A stretch of DNA of 64,000 nucleotides from positions 320,001 through 384,000 of the forward strand of contig CAVYRH010000019.1 in NCBI GenBank assembly GCA_963770835.1. The letters run 5' to 3'. Position 1 is the first letter of the stretch. Every line of letters begins with the position of its first letter. Shown here piece after piece: positions 29,237 to 38,336 of the stretch. Made by a program: the position numbers and the translations under genes. The notes under the pieces were generated by a model that had not been told where the DNA came from, made no database searches, and saw nothing but the letters and a program-made list of their open reading frames with translations. The stretch comes from an uncultured Pseudomonadota bacterium. GTDB taxonomy: Bacteria > Oederibacteriota > Muellerivitia > Muellerivitales > Muellerivitaceae.

Positions 29237-30781
29237 TTAATCCTTCATCCTCATATCAATGAGTTCATAGTAAGGCGCAAAAGGCGGCCGGGGACATTTC
29301 TCATCCCCCAATTTTCGCGCCACACAATCCGCGAGGATGTCCTTACGGGCGGCGTAAACCCCCGAGACCTTTCCGAATTTCTCGATCTTTAACACCATCA
29401 AACAATCCTTCTTTTGCGGGGCATCCAAGGTGCAGGCGCGCCTGAATCCGTCCAGGTGGTCCCCCACCATTGTGGAAAAACTCTTTTCATACTCGGTTCC
29501 CTCGGGGGAACCGGTGTTTTTCTGGGCCTGTTGCAGGATATCCTCCGGGATGGAATCGGAAAAGGCGGCGGGGGTATCCGGCTCCTCATTCATTTCCACC
29601 TGGTCCGGTTTCACGCCGGTCATGATCTTCTGGAACCCCTTCAGGAGCTCCGGATCGTTGAATTGGAGGGTCTTGCGGTTGAAATGCGAACCCGGATCCC
29701 ACAGCATCGGGCACATCCCCATACGGTAAACCTTATCGGCTACCGACATGATGTAAGTACGGACGCTCTCGGGGTCCTTGCCCTTAAGGGTGGCCCCGTA
29801 TTCGCCCAGGATGATGGGAACGCCCTGGCCGAGGAAACGGACCTTCAGCTTCTGCATGTTCGCGTCCAGCTCGGCAAAGTCCTCCTTCGTGCCCCAGGTC
29901 GGCCGGGCCTTGCCCCAGGACTCGTCATGCTCCAAACCGGCGAAGGTGTAGGGGGTGTAATAATGGATTGAAAGGATGCAATGGTCCTGCGGGTCCTTGG
30001 GCATCACGAAATCCGGGTCCGTCGTGAGGTCGATATCCGTCGCGTATCCGGCGATCAGGAGGTGGCGTTTCGCGTTAAGCCCCCCCGATTGGCGCACGAG
30101 ATCGACGAAGGCCTGGTTGATGTTGTTCAGGATGCCATAGGCCTTTTGTTTCTTCTCGGGGGCCGCGGGACCGTAACGGTTCCAGACATCGTTGAAGCAG
30201 CCTTCCTCGTTCAGGGACTCGAAGATCAGCGAGCAGGGATAATCCTTGAAATATCCGGCGATCTGCGACCACATCTTCGTATACCGTTTCATGGATTTGT
30301 CGTATTCGGTTGGGAATTTGGACCACCAGCCGCCATCCCAGTGGATGTTGACCACCGCGATCATCCCGTCCTCGTGGACGTAATCGACGATTTCTTTGAC
30401 GCGTTTCAATAGGTCGGGATCGATCGTGTAGTCGTCCCCGATCATGTTCGACCAAGCCACGGGAATCCGGACGGATTTGAACCCGGCCGCTTGGATCGCG
30501 TCGATCATTTCCTTGGTGGTGACGGGATTGCCCCAGGCGGTCTCGAAACTGCTGACCTGCGGGCCCTTAATCCAATCCCCGGCGCACTCCATCGTGTTGC
30601 CCAGGTTCCATCCGAGCCCCATGCGCCGGACCACCTCCACCGGACTGAGATTCTCCAGGGCTGTGTCATACACGGTTGGAGTCGGAGCGCTATTCCCGGC
30701 GGACAAGTCGGATGGAATAAGGGCGAAAAAAAACATCCCGAGACCGAGTAAATGAATGGTATGAATCTTTCTGAATAACAT
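29237..30781 (-). CDS. Secreted glycoside hydrolase family 5 (endoglucanase-like) with an extra C-terminal domain
   Basis: GWNLGN, ETAWGNP, VRIPVAW, NIHWD, FESLNE (acid/base), HYY, GEYG (nucleophile), WD; signal peptide. Confidence 0.92.
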   Translation of the reverse strand: MLFRKIHTIHLLGLGMFFFALIPSDLSAGNSAPTPTVYDTALENLSPVEVVRRMGLGWNLGNTMECAGDWIKGPQVSSFETAWGNPVTTKEMIDAIQAAGFKSVRIPVAWSNMIGDDYTIDPDLLKRVKEIVDYVHEDGMIAVVNIHWDGGWWSKFPTEYDKSMKRYTKMWSQIAGYFKDYPCSLIFESLNEEGCFNDVWNRYGPAAPEKKQKAYGILNNINQAFVDLVRQSGGLNAKRHLLIAGYATDIDLTTDPDFVMPKDPQDHCILSIHYYTPYTFAGLEHDESWGKARPTWGTKEDFAELDANMQKLKVRFLGQGVPIILGEYGATLKGKDPESVRTYIMSVADKVYRMGMCPMLWDPGSHFNRKTLQFNDPELLKGFQKIMTGVKPDQVEMNEEPDTPAAFSDSIPEDILQQAQKNTGSPEGTEYEKSFSTMVGDHLDGFRRACTLDAPQKKDCLMVLKIEKFGKVSGVYAARKDILADCVARKLGDEKCPRPPFAPYYELIDMRMKD

Positions 30782-30916
30782 TGCCAACCTCCTTGAGTTC
30801 CCAGAATGGGATCAACCCACCGTTGTATTCAAGGCCAGGGTCTATATAAATTTGGTGTGCCCAGACTTCGTCTGGGTTCTACCACTTTAAACATTAACTT
30901 TTTTTATGGAGAAAAG

Positions 30917-30992
30917 TGGTGGGGCATCCTGGATTCGAACCAGGGACCAAGGCATTATGAGTGCCCTGCTCTAACCGCTGAGCTAATGCCCC
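30917..30992 (-). tRNA. tRNA with CAT anticodon, most likely tRNA-Ile2 (lysidine)
   Basis: 76-nt cloverleaf GGGGCATTAGCTCAGCGGTTAGAGCAGGGCACTCATAATGCC...GGTTCGAATCC...CCACCA; CTCATAAT loop and overall resemblance to ileX; lacks initiator features. Confidence 0.92.
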
Positions 30993-31073
30993 TCAAAGTC
31001 AGGCGGACAAAACCAGCAACAAGTTATTCTACAGGGAGTCTTTCCGTCAAAGGCATTCTAAGCGGCTAAAGAC

Positions 31074-32480
31074 TTACCAATCCACGTCCACGGAGGCGTC
31101 GCCATCCATGGCCACGCGGCCCTCGATTCCATAGTCGGTTACGAAGGCTTCCTCCATCTTCAGCGAGGTCACGGTGGTCTTGAGGCGGGCGTGACCCCCC
31201 AGGGGTCGGTTGAGCACCTTCGTCAGCTCTTGTTTCAACTGGTCCAGGTTTTTCCCGATGGGGATCACGGCCTGTTTTCGGAGTGCGTCCCTGATGGCCG
31301 ATCCGTCAAAGGCTTCCGCCATCTGCACCAGGAAATCGCTGGTTTTGATGTCGAAGTCCATGTCGGGGAAGTCGATCAATTGTTCATCCTCGTGGTAAGT
31401 GGGCGTTCCCACCAGGTAAATAGTCAGTTGGGCGGGCTTGCTGGAAAGGTTGAGGATGGGCTGGTATTCGATCTCCGCCTCCACCACGATTTGGCCGCCC
31501 GACCCGTAAATATCCAAGTTGTCGATTTTCAGGTTGTGGTTCCCACCGCCGGGCAAGGCCTTGTTCAGGATGCCGGTCTTAGGGTCCACCAGCAATTTGT
31601 TGACTTCCTTGAAACTGATCTTGAGGTTGGTTTCGATATGGAACCCCTCGGGCCCAGGCACGTAATCCTTCAAGGGCGGCATTTCGGTGACTTTGACTTG
31701 GGGTTTTTCCCCGATGATGACGTTGGGCTGGCCGATGAACTCGAAGACCGTTTCCAGCCGGGGATTCTTGGGGTCGGGAATGAGGCGGTAGGAACCCACG
31801 CTCATGAGGTTGGGTTGGATCTGGAGCCAGATGTCCTGGGCCATGCGCATCGGCTCCTGGAATTTCACCCAAAGCTCCTTGGCCTTGTTGAGGATGTCCG
31901 AGGTCCTTTGTTTCAGGCCCTCATGGAACTTGGAAGTTCCCTTCCGCACGAGCCGTTCGGCCTTTTTGTTGTCGGACTCGGTCACGGAGGCGGTGGCCGT
32001 GTCCCCCTCCATGAAATCGGGGGCTTCCAGGCGAAAGTCCTTGGTCCATCGGATGGCTGTGGACAGGTCGACCTTTAGGTCTTTCTCAGCCTCCGCGGTG
32101 AGGGTCTGGGACCCGCTGTCCGCGCTGAGGCCTTTACCCGGGAGATTCTTAGCGTGGAGGTGCACATGGGCGGTAAGGCTGTTACCGTTGAATTCCCATT
32201 CCATGGGGTCCCACCAAACTGTGGCGCCCAAGCTCTTGGCCATGGATTTTTCCGCCTTGGCCAAATCTGTTTTAACCGCTTCCGCCAGGTGTTTCTCCAT
32301 ATCAGAAAATTTTGGAAGGGGAATGACGACCGGGATGCGCAGCCGCGCGGCGGGAAGAGTGTTCAGACTGTGGTTGGGGGAGGGGCGGATCGGCACCCTC
32401 AAAGAGGACGTCGTCACGCAACCGCCAACCAGGAGGGCCAGGGGCGTCATCAACAAAAGAAGGCGTTTTGGGAAAATCAT
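31074..32480 (-). CDS. DUF4403-like lipoprotein
   Basis: Lipobox VGGC; IWLQIQP, LDIYGSGG and IYLVGTPTY patterns resembling DUF4403. Confidence 0.65.
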   Translation of the reverse strand: MIFPKRLLLLMTPLALLVGGCVTTSSLRVPIRPSPNHSLNTLPAARLRIPVVIPLPKFSDMEKHLAEAVKTDLAKAEKSMAKSLGATVWWDPMEWEFNGNSLTAHVHLHAKNLPGKGLSADSGSQTLTAEAEKDLKVDLSTAIRWTKDFRLEAPDFMEGDTATASVTESDNKKAERLVRKGTSKFHEGLKQRTSDILNKAKELWVKFQEPMRMAQDIWLQIQPNLMSVGSYRLIPDPKNPRLETVFEFIGQPNVIIGEKPQVKVTEMPPLKDYVPGPEGFHIETNLKISFKEVNKLLVDPKTGILNKALPGGGNHNLKIDNLDIYGSGGQIVVEAEIEYQPILNLSSKPAQLTIYLVGTPTYHEDEQLIDFPDMDFDIKTSDFLVQMAEAFDGSAIRDALRKQAVIPIGKNLDQLKQELTKVLNRPLGGHARLKTTVTSLKMEEAFVTDYGIEGRVAMDGDASVDVDW

Positions 32481-32484
32481 GGGC

Positions 32485-33021
32485 TTATTTTACTTTCAAC
32501 CCCGGCGGAGGGGCAATTTTCTTGGCTGTTTTGCCGAACCAGGTACTTCCCGGTTTACCCAGGTGTTTCATGACCTTCTCCACGTTCCGCTGAAGGGCTT
32601 CAGCCCCCTTCAAGTGATTCAGGTAGCGGTTGAATTCCTTCCGGTGGGAAGGACCGAGCCTTTCGAAGACGGCCCTGGCCTTTGGGTCTTTTTTGAGCCG
32701 CCGGGCCAGGGCCGAATTCATCGGCTCCACCCGGGGTGTGGTATCCAGCCTTAACTCGATCCGCACCCGGTCGCCCGTGTCCTTCCCAATGGCCTTGCGC
32801 ATGATGCCGTGCAGGTAGAGCCGGTGATGCTGTCCTGGGGCGGCTTGGGTACGTTTGGCACCCAAGGGCATTAGGTTGGCCCGGAAGGGTTTCCCGTCGA
32901 GGAGCACTTCCACCGGGATGACGCCCTTTTTCCCAAGCTTCATCCCTGTGCCCAGCGGCGGGTCCACGTAGGGATTGACGCCTTCCTTGCGAATGACGGC
33001 CGAAAAGGAGACCCGCTTCAT
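32485..33021 (-). CDS. DUF1905 / YdeI-OmdA-associated domain protein
   Basis: IRKEGVNPYVD, MRKAIGKDTGDRV, FERLGPSHRKEF; ATGA overlap with the upstream gene. Confidence 0.75.
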   Translation of the reverse strand: MKRVSFSAVIRKEGVNPYVDPPLGTGMKLGKKGVIPVEVLLDGKPFRANLMPLGAKRTQAAPGQHHRLYLHGIMRKAIGKDTGDRVRIELRLDTTPRVEPMNSALARRLKKDPKARAVFERLGPSHRKEFNRYLNHLKGAEALQRNVEKVMKHLGKPGSTWFGKTAKKIAPPPGLKVK

Positions 33022-33566
33022 TTTCCTCGGATTTTCCATTCCGCGTAGCGCCGGCCCATCTGGGCCAAATGGCCGTCCAGGTGCGAAATGTTGTATGCCA
33101 TCATGAATCCAAAAGTAAGCATTCCCCATTCCGAATGCTTCACCTTATTGGTCCAAACTTTGGACGGCAGTCGTTTCACCAGGTCAGCGTTGGCTTTTCG
33201 CAAGAGCAATATCAAGGCCTTGGCTTGGTGGGGATCGAACTTTTTGTATAAAAGCCCCGTGCTCCACTTTTCCTGGTCATAGGCCGCTGCGACTTTTCCT
33301 GGTTCGGCCGCGGCCCGACGCAAGCGTACGTAAAGGTTCGCTTCCTGGTCCGCCAAGTGCCAGAGGACTTCCTTGATACACCAGTTCTTCGGAGTGGTGG
33401 TGAACCCCCACATTTTGATGGGATATTTCTCCAGGGCCTTTTCCAGGCGGTCCCCACCTTGCGCAAAGACCGCGATTTGCCGTTGCCGGCTCCAGCCCAT
33501 AACCATCTCTTTCGTGTAACCCGGCCCTTTCAGGGCCCATCCGGGAAGCATTGAACTTTTTTTCAT
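33018..33566 (-). CDS. DinB-family protein
   Basis: WCIKEVLWHLADQE, AYDQEKW, HLDGHLAQ metal-binding His pattern. Confidence 0.85.
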   Translation of the reverse strand: MKKSSMLPGWALKGPGYTKEMVMGWSRQRQIAVFAQGGDRLEKALEKYPIKMWGFTTTPKNWCIKEVLWHLADQEANLYVRLRRAAAEPGKVAAAYDQEKWSTGLLYKKFDPHQAKALILLLRKANADLVKRLPSKVWTNKVKHSEWGMLTFGFMMAYNISHLDGHLAQMGRRYAEWKIRGK

Positions 33567-33606
33567 GGTTTTCCTTTCCCCAAGAATTCGGAAAGCAGTT
33601 TAAACG

Positions 33607-33636
33607 AAAAAAGGCGGGCCTTTAAGCCCGCCTTTT
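33607..33636 (-). terminator. Intrinsic terminator downstream of the NmrA-like gene
   Basis: AAAAGGCGGGC...GCCCGCCTTTT stem with an A-run. Confidence 0.75.
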
Positions 33637-33661
33637 AAAAAATCCCAAGGGATGGGACGCC

Positions 33662-34561
33662 TTACCCCTGGCTGTAAACTCCTGCGAAACCCTTCGCGAA
33701 TTCCTCGATCGTGGTCTTACCCCGGTGGTCGGTGGTGAACTCCTGCGTCGGGTGGATTTTTCCCTCGTTACCAGCCCGGTACATTTCCAGCATCAGGTCC
33801 GTCATTTGAAGCGTCATGCCACTTTGCAGAATCCCTTTTTTCACTTCCTCGTAAGAAAACCGGACGTATTTAAGTTCGGGCTTTCCGATAGCCTTCCCCA
33901 GCGCGGCGGTGACCTCAATGAGAGTGTATTCCCGGGGGCCTGTGAACTCGAAAATCGAATGGCCTTTGAAGTTTCCCTGATCCAGGAATTCAGCCGCCTT
34001 GGCGCCGATATCCTGGGTAGCGACTATAGGCATGGCGTAGTCCCCCGGAAATGCCGAACCGTTGACCGCCATGGATTTGATCACGGGAATGGAAAAGAAC
34101 TGGTTTTCCATGAAGGACGTCGGGCGCAGGTGAAGGATGTTGGCGCCGGAAAGCTTGTTCAAGCGCTGTTCTTGGCGGTAGAGGCCGGTGATGGGGCCCG
34201 TGCCCTGGGGTTCGCTGGCACCCACAGAGCTGAGGTCCACGACCAATTTCACTCCCGCCTCCAACAGGGCCTTGACCGTGGCTTCCCCGCATTGGTCCTG
34301 GTGGGCTGGAAAATCGGGCGCCCCGTAGTTGGGCGGGATGAGGGTGAAAACCCCCTCCGCGCCCTGGAAGGCCAAAGCCAGGGCCTTTGCGTCATCGAAG
34401 GCCAGCGAAAGGGTCTCGGCGCCCTTCGCCTTCAATGCCGAAAGCTTTTTCGCGTCCCGGCCAATGGCCCGCACCGTGTGGCCTTTCTCCAAAAGTTTTT
34501 CCGTCAGGACATGGCCGATGTTGCCGGTGGCTCCCATGATGGCGTAGGTTTTCTTCGACAT
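33662..34561 (-). CDS. NmrA-family NAD(P)-binding protein
   Basis: GATGNIG Rossmann motif, LSSVGA, LRPTSFMEN, VATQDIG; GGAGG RBS. Confidence 0.88.
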   Translation of the reverse strand: MSKKTYAIMGATGNIGHVLTEKLLEKGHTVRAIGRDAKKLSALKAKGAETLSLAFDDAKALALAFQGAEGVFTLIPPNYGAPDFPAHQDQCGEATVKALLEAGVKLVVDLSSVGASEPQGTGPITGLYRQEQRLNKLSGANILHLRPTSFMENQFFSIPVIKSMAVNGSAFPGDYAMPIVATQDIGAKAAEFLDQGNFKGHSIFEFTGPREYTLIEVTAALGKAIGKPELKYVRFSYEEVKKGILQSGMTLQMTDLMLEMYRAGNEGKIHPTQEFTTDHRGKTTIEEFAKGFAGVYSQG

Positions 34562-34636
34562 AAATACCTCCTGGATTTGATCAGACCACTGTGAGGGGGA
34601 GAGGGGGATATATCAAGACGGGTTGGAAATAAGCGC

Positions 34637-34652
34637 GTTACTATCCAGTAAC
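34637..34652. promoter_or_regulatory. Palindromic operator GTTACT-ATCC-AGTAAC upstream of the NmrA-like gene
   Basis: Perfect 6-4-6 inverted repeat about 80 nt upstream of the start. Confidence 0.5.
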
Positions 34653-34713
34653 CGAGGGATGTAGAAACAAAAAAGACAGACCTTGACGGGCCCGCCTTGT
34701 CGTTAACAAAAGA

Positions 34714-36518
34714 TTAATCCAAATAACCCTTCAGTTTCCGGCTGCGCGAAGGATGGCGCAGTTTCCGAAGGGCCTTTGCCTCGATTTGTCGCACGCGCTC
34801 GCGGGTAACCTTGAAGGTGTTGCCCACTTCTTCCAGGGTATGCGGGTAGCCGTCATTCAGGCCGAAGCGCAGTCGTAGGACCTCCGCCTCCCTTTCCTTG
34901 AGGGTCCCCAAAACCTTGGAGATTTGCTCCTGGAGCAGCACGAAAGCCGCTGCGTTGGCGGGTGAGATAACGTCCTTGTCCTCGATGAAATCGCCCAAAT
35001 GGCTATCTTTTTCCTCACCGATGGGGGTTTCCAACGAGATGGGCTCCTGGGCGATCTTGAGGATGGCCCGGACCTTCTCCACCGGCATTTCCAGCCGCTC
35101 AGCGATCTCGTCCGCCATGGGCTCACGTCCCAGCTCCTGCACGAGGTCGCGGGAGACCTTGATGGACTTGTTGATGGTCTCGATCATGTGCACCGGGATG
35201 CGGATAGTGCGGGCCTGGTCCGCGATGGCGCGGGTGATGGCCTGCCGAATCCACCAGGTGGCGTAGGTGGAAAACTTGTAGCCCCGGCGGTACTCGAATT
35301 TCTCAACCGCCCGCATGAGGCCGATGTTGCCTTCCTGGATCAGGTCGAGGAATGGCAGGCCGCGGTTAGTGTACTTCTTGGCGATGGAAATGACGAGCCG
35401 CAGGTTGGCTTCCACCAGTTCCATGCGGGCCTGGTAGGCCTCGCGCTCGCCCACGCGGATGTTGCGCATGAGGACCTTCATGTGGTCCCGCCCGGCCATG
35501 GTGTCTTTTTCCAGCTTCTTGATGTTGCGGCGCGCCTCATCCCACAAACGGGTGGCTTTCTGGAAATCCTCGCCCTTCAAGACGCTTCTCTTTTCCAGGG
35601 GTTTCAGGTCGACATGGCCGCCGTGTTTCAGCAGGCTGGGCAGCTTGATATAGGCCTCGGGGGTGAGCTTTATCTGTTTTTCCTGCACGTGCATCACGTG
35701 CTCCTGCTCCTCAATGTTTTCGCCCTGCTCCCGCAGGCGTCCAATGAGCCGTTCCTTCACTTTTTTCTGGAACTGGCAGTCCTTCACCAGCCAGATGAGG
35801 TCGATCAGTTTGCCGTCCAAGATTTCGGCCAATTGCTTGCGCTTTTCCAGGGGCACCGACCTCAAGCCCACCTTGTGTTGCAGGGCTTTGATCTGTCGCT
35901 CCATCACCTTGAGCTTGGCGTGGTTCTTCCGGATTTTGGTGTAGATTTGCTTTTCAGGAACGCCGCCGGGCAGGTCCGCGTAGGGGTCCAGGTCGATGGT
36001 TTCCTGGAGGGTCTTCTTTTTCTTCAGGATGTTGGTAAAAAGGTCGTGCAGCAACTGGAATCCCAGGGCGCTTCCCAGGACGGCTTTTTCTACCTTGAAC
36101 TCGCCCGCCTCGATGCGCTTGGCGATGGAGATCTCTTCCTCGCGGGTCAGCAATGGGATGCGGCCCATCTCGTGCAGGTACATCTTGACCGGGTCGCCCA
36201 TGCGGGTTTCCACGCCTGCGGTCTCGAAGGTCTTCTCGAACTCCTCGCTCTCGTCCTCTTCGTCGTCCTTGACGATGGCGCCGGGAGCCTCGCCCCCGCT
36301 TCCTTGTCCTCATCCGGGATGGTGGCGGCCTTTTCTTCCTGGTCCACGATCTTGATGTCGTTTTCGCCCAGCATCAGGAGGATGTCGTCGATCTCCTCGG
36401 AGGACACAACCTCTTCGGGCAGGATGTCGTTCACCTGTTTGTAGGTGATGTAGCCTTTTTCCTTGCCCACCTCGAGGATCTTGGTGACGTGTTCCTTGGC
36501 TTTGGTTGCTGGCTTCAT
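34714..36518 (-). CDS. rpoD: RNA polymerase primary sigma factor RpoD, split by a one-base frameshift near 36293-36297
   Basis: Region 1.1 ([15 protein letters not shown]) in ORF 36147-36518; [46 protein letters not shown] in ORF 34714-36213. Confidence 0.93.
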
Positions 36519-38311
36519 TTGGTTTCCACCTCTTGTGAGTATTGCCGCTTCAGCAGGACCATCTGCTGGGCCAACGACAGGGCCTGTTCGACCTCACCGG
36601 CTTTCTCGGCTTCCGATTGCCGGGCCTTGATTTCCGCCAATTGGTTCCTCAAGTGGCGTTTTTTGAGCGCCGAGGCCAGGTCGATCAACATGGCCTCGCG
36701 GTGCTTCTTTTCCGTTTGGTTCTCGATGCGGAGGAAGGATGGTTCCAATTCGGGAACCTGGTTCAACTCCTCCGCCTTCATCTCCCCCGCGCTGAGGCGC
36801 TCGAACAGTCGCCGGAAGTCTTCCTTCTGGAAAACCTCGGGTGACAGTTCGTTGACCGCCCAGGGGATAAATTCCCCCTTTTCCTCCACCAGGAGGGCCA
36901 AAAAATCCGCCTCCATCTGCAAATCGTTGGCATTTTCCTTCTTTGTCGCCGGCAATACTGGGCCACCGGAAGGAGCCCCTTCGCCACCCGTCACAGAAGG
37001 TCTTCGTACGCCCTTTTTGCGCTCCGCGTTCACGATTCCAATCAAATCCCGGGCCGTCAACCCAAGTTCCGATTCCACGGTGGCGCAGGCTGTCTGCACC
37101 GAAATTTCGTTCGGTATCTGTAAAATCATGGGCACAAAACCCTGCAACGACTTCAGTCTCTCCTCAATCGGCGCGCCCTGGAACCTTCTCTTTACCGATT
37201 GCGCCCACCACCGGAAAAAATCCGGGGATTTTTGAATCAACGCCTCGAAATCGTCCTTCGAGTGCTTCGTTAAATACTCGTCCGGATCCTTGGCGTCCGG
37301 CATGACGAGCACGCGGATGTTCAACCCGGCCTGGATCAGCGGTTCAAAGCCCCTCAAGACCGCAGCCTGGCCCGCCGTATCGGCGTCGTAGGAAAAAACC
37401 ACTTCCTTCGTATAACGGGACAAGACCCTTCCATGTTGGGACGTCAACGCCGTTCCTAAAGTAGCGACGGTATTCTCAAAGCCGAAATGATGGAGAGCCA
37501 AGGCGTCGAAGTAACCTTCCACCACTAGCACATAATTGCGCTGCCGGATGGCCTCCCGGGCCATATCCAGCAGGTAAAGACATTCGCTTTTCTTGAAAAG
37601 TAGGGTTTCTGGCGAGTTGAGGTATTTGGGTCCTGATTCGTCGCTTAATGTCCTGCCGCCAAAGGCGATGATTTTATCATAGTTATTTTTAACGGGAAAG
37701 ATCAGGCGGTTCCTAAATTTATCGTAATAACTGTTTTTTTCCTCGTTGTGGACAACGAGTCCGGCGGCCAGGAGTTCCTCCTGGGAAAAACCTGCTTTTT
37801 GAACCGCGTTTTTTAGGAAATCCCAGCCTGCCGGGGCGAAGCCGATCTGGTACTTTACGGCGTCTTCCTTGGCGAACCCCCGGCCCTTGAAATATTCCCG
37901 GGCGGCTTGGCCTTCGGCCGAGAGCAGCCTTTCGTGAAAGAACTTTCCGGCGAACTCGTTTAATTCCTGCATCCGCTCCCGAACCCGGTCGGTTTCCTGA
38001 TCCCTTTGGTTTTCCTGGGGTTTGGGAAGAACAATCCCCGCCTTGTCCGCCAAGAGACGGAGGGCTTCAGGGAAGGGCATTTTCTCCATTTCCATGATGA
38101 AGGTGATGACGTTGCCGCCCTTGCCGCAGCCGAAGCAGTGGAAGCCGTTTCGGGTGGGCGACACCATGAAGCTGGGGGATTTTTCGTTGTGGAAGGGGCA
38201 GATGCCCTTGTAGCTGGACCCGGCTTTTTTAAGGGGTACATATTCGCCGATGACTGACACGATGTCGGTGGCGTCCTTGACCCGCTGGATAATTTCGTCG
38301 CTATATTTCAT
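36515..38311 (-). CDS. dnaG: DNA primase
   Basis: CPFHNEKSPSF..CFGCG zinc finger, FRNRLIFP, KYLNSPET, VEGYFD, YDADTAG TOPRIM. Confidence 0.97.
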   Translation of the reverse strand: MKYSDEIIQRVKDATDIVSVIGEYVPLKKAGSSYKGICPFHNEKSPSFMVSPTRNGFHCFGCGKGGNVITFIMEMEKMPFPEALRLLADKAGIVLPKPQENQRDQETDRVRERMQELNEFAGKFFHERLLSAEGQAAREYFKGRGFAKEDAVKYQIGFAPAGWDFLKNAVQKAGFSQEELLAAGLVVHNEEKNSYYDKFRNRLIFPVKNNYDKIIAFGGRTLSDESGPKYLNSPETLLFKKSECLYLLDMAREAIRQRNYVLVVEGYFDALALHHFGFENTVATLGTALTSQHGRVLSRYTKEVVFSYDADTAGQAAVLRGFEPLIQAGLNIRVLVMPDAKDPDEYLTKHSKDDFEALIQKSPDFFRWWAQSVKRRFQGAPIEERLKSLQGFVPMILQIPNEISVQTACATVESELGLTARDLIGIVNAERKKGVRRPSVTGGEGAPSGGPVLPATKKENANDLQMEADFLALLVEEKGEFIPWAVNELSPEVFQKEDFRRLFERLSAGEMKAEELNQVPELEPSFLRIENQTEKKHREAMLIDLASALKKRHLRNQLAEIKARQSEAEKAGEVEQALSLAQQMVLLKRQYSQEVETK

Positions 38312-38336
38312 AAAGCCCCGAAGTTAAACTGAACGG

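Noticed and set aside
30790..30916. Integrative element or att site at the tRNA 3' end
   Set aside because: No integrase and no duplicated tRNA 3' end; the CCCAGAC/GTCTGGG hairpin is more simply a terminator or processing stem.
30917..30992. Calling the CAT tRNA as tRNA-Met or fMet
   Set aside because: Paired G1-C72, no triple G-C anticodon stem, and resemblance to ileX-type tRNAs favour Ile2.
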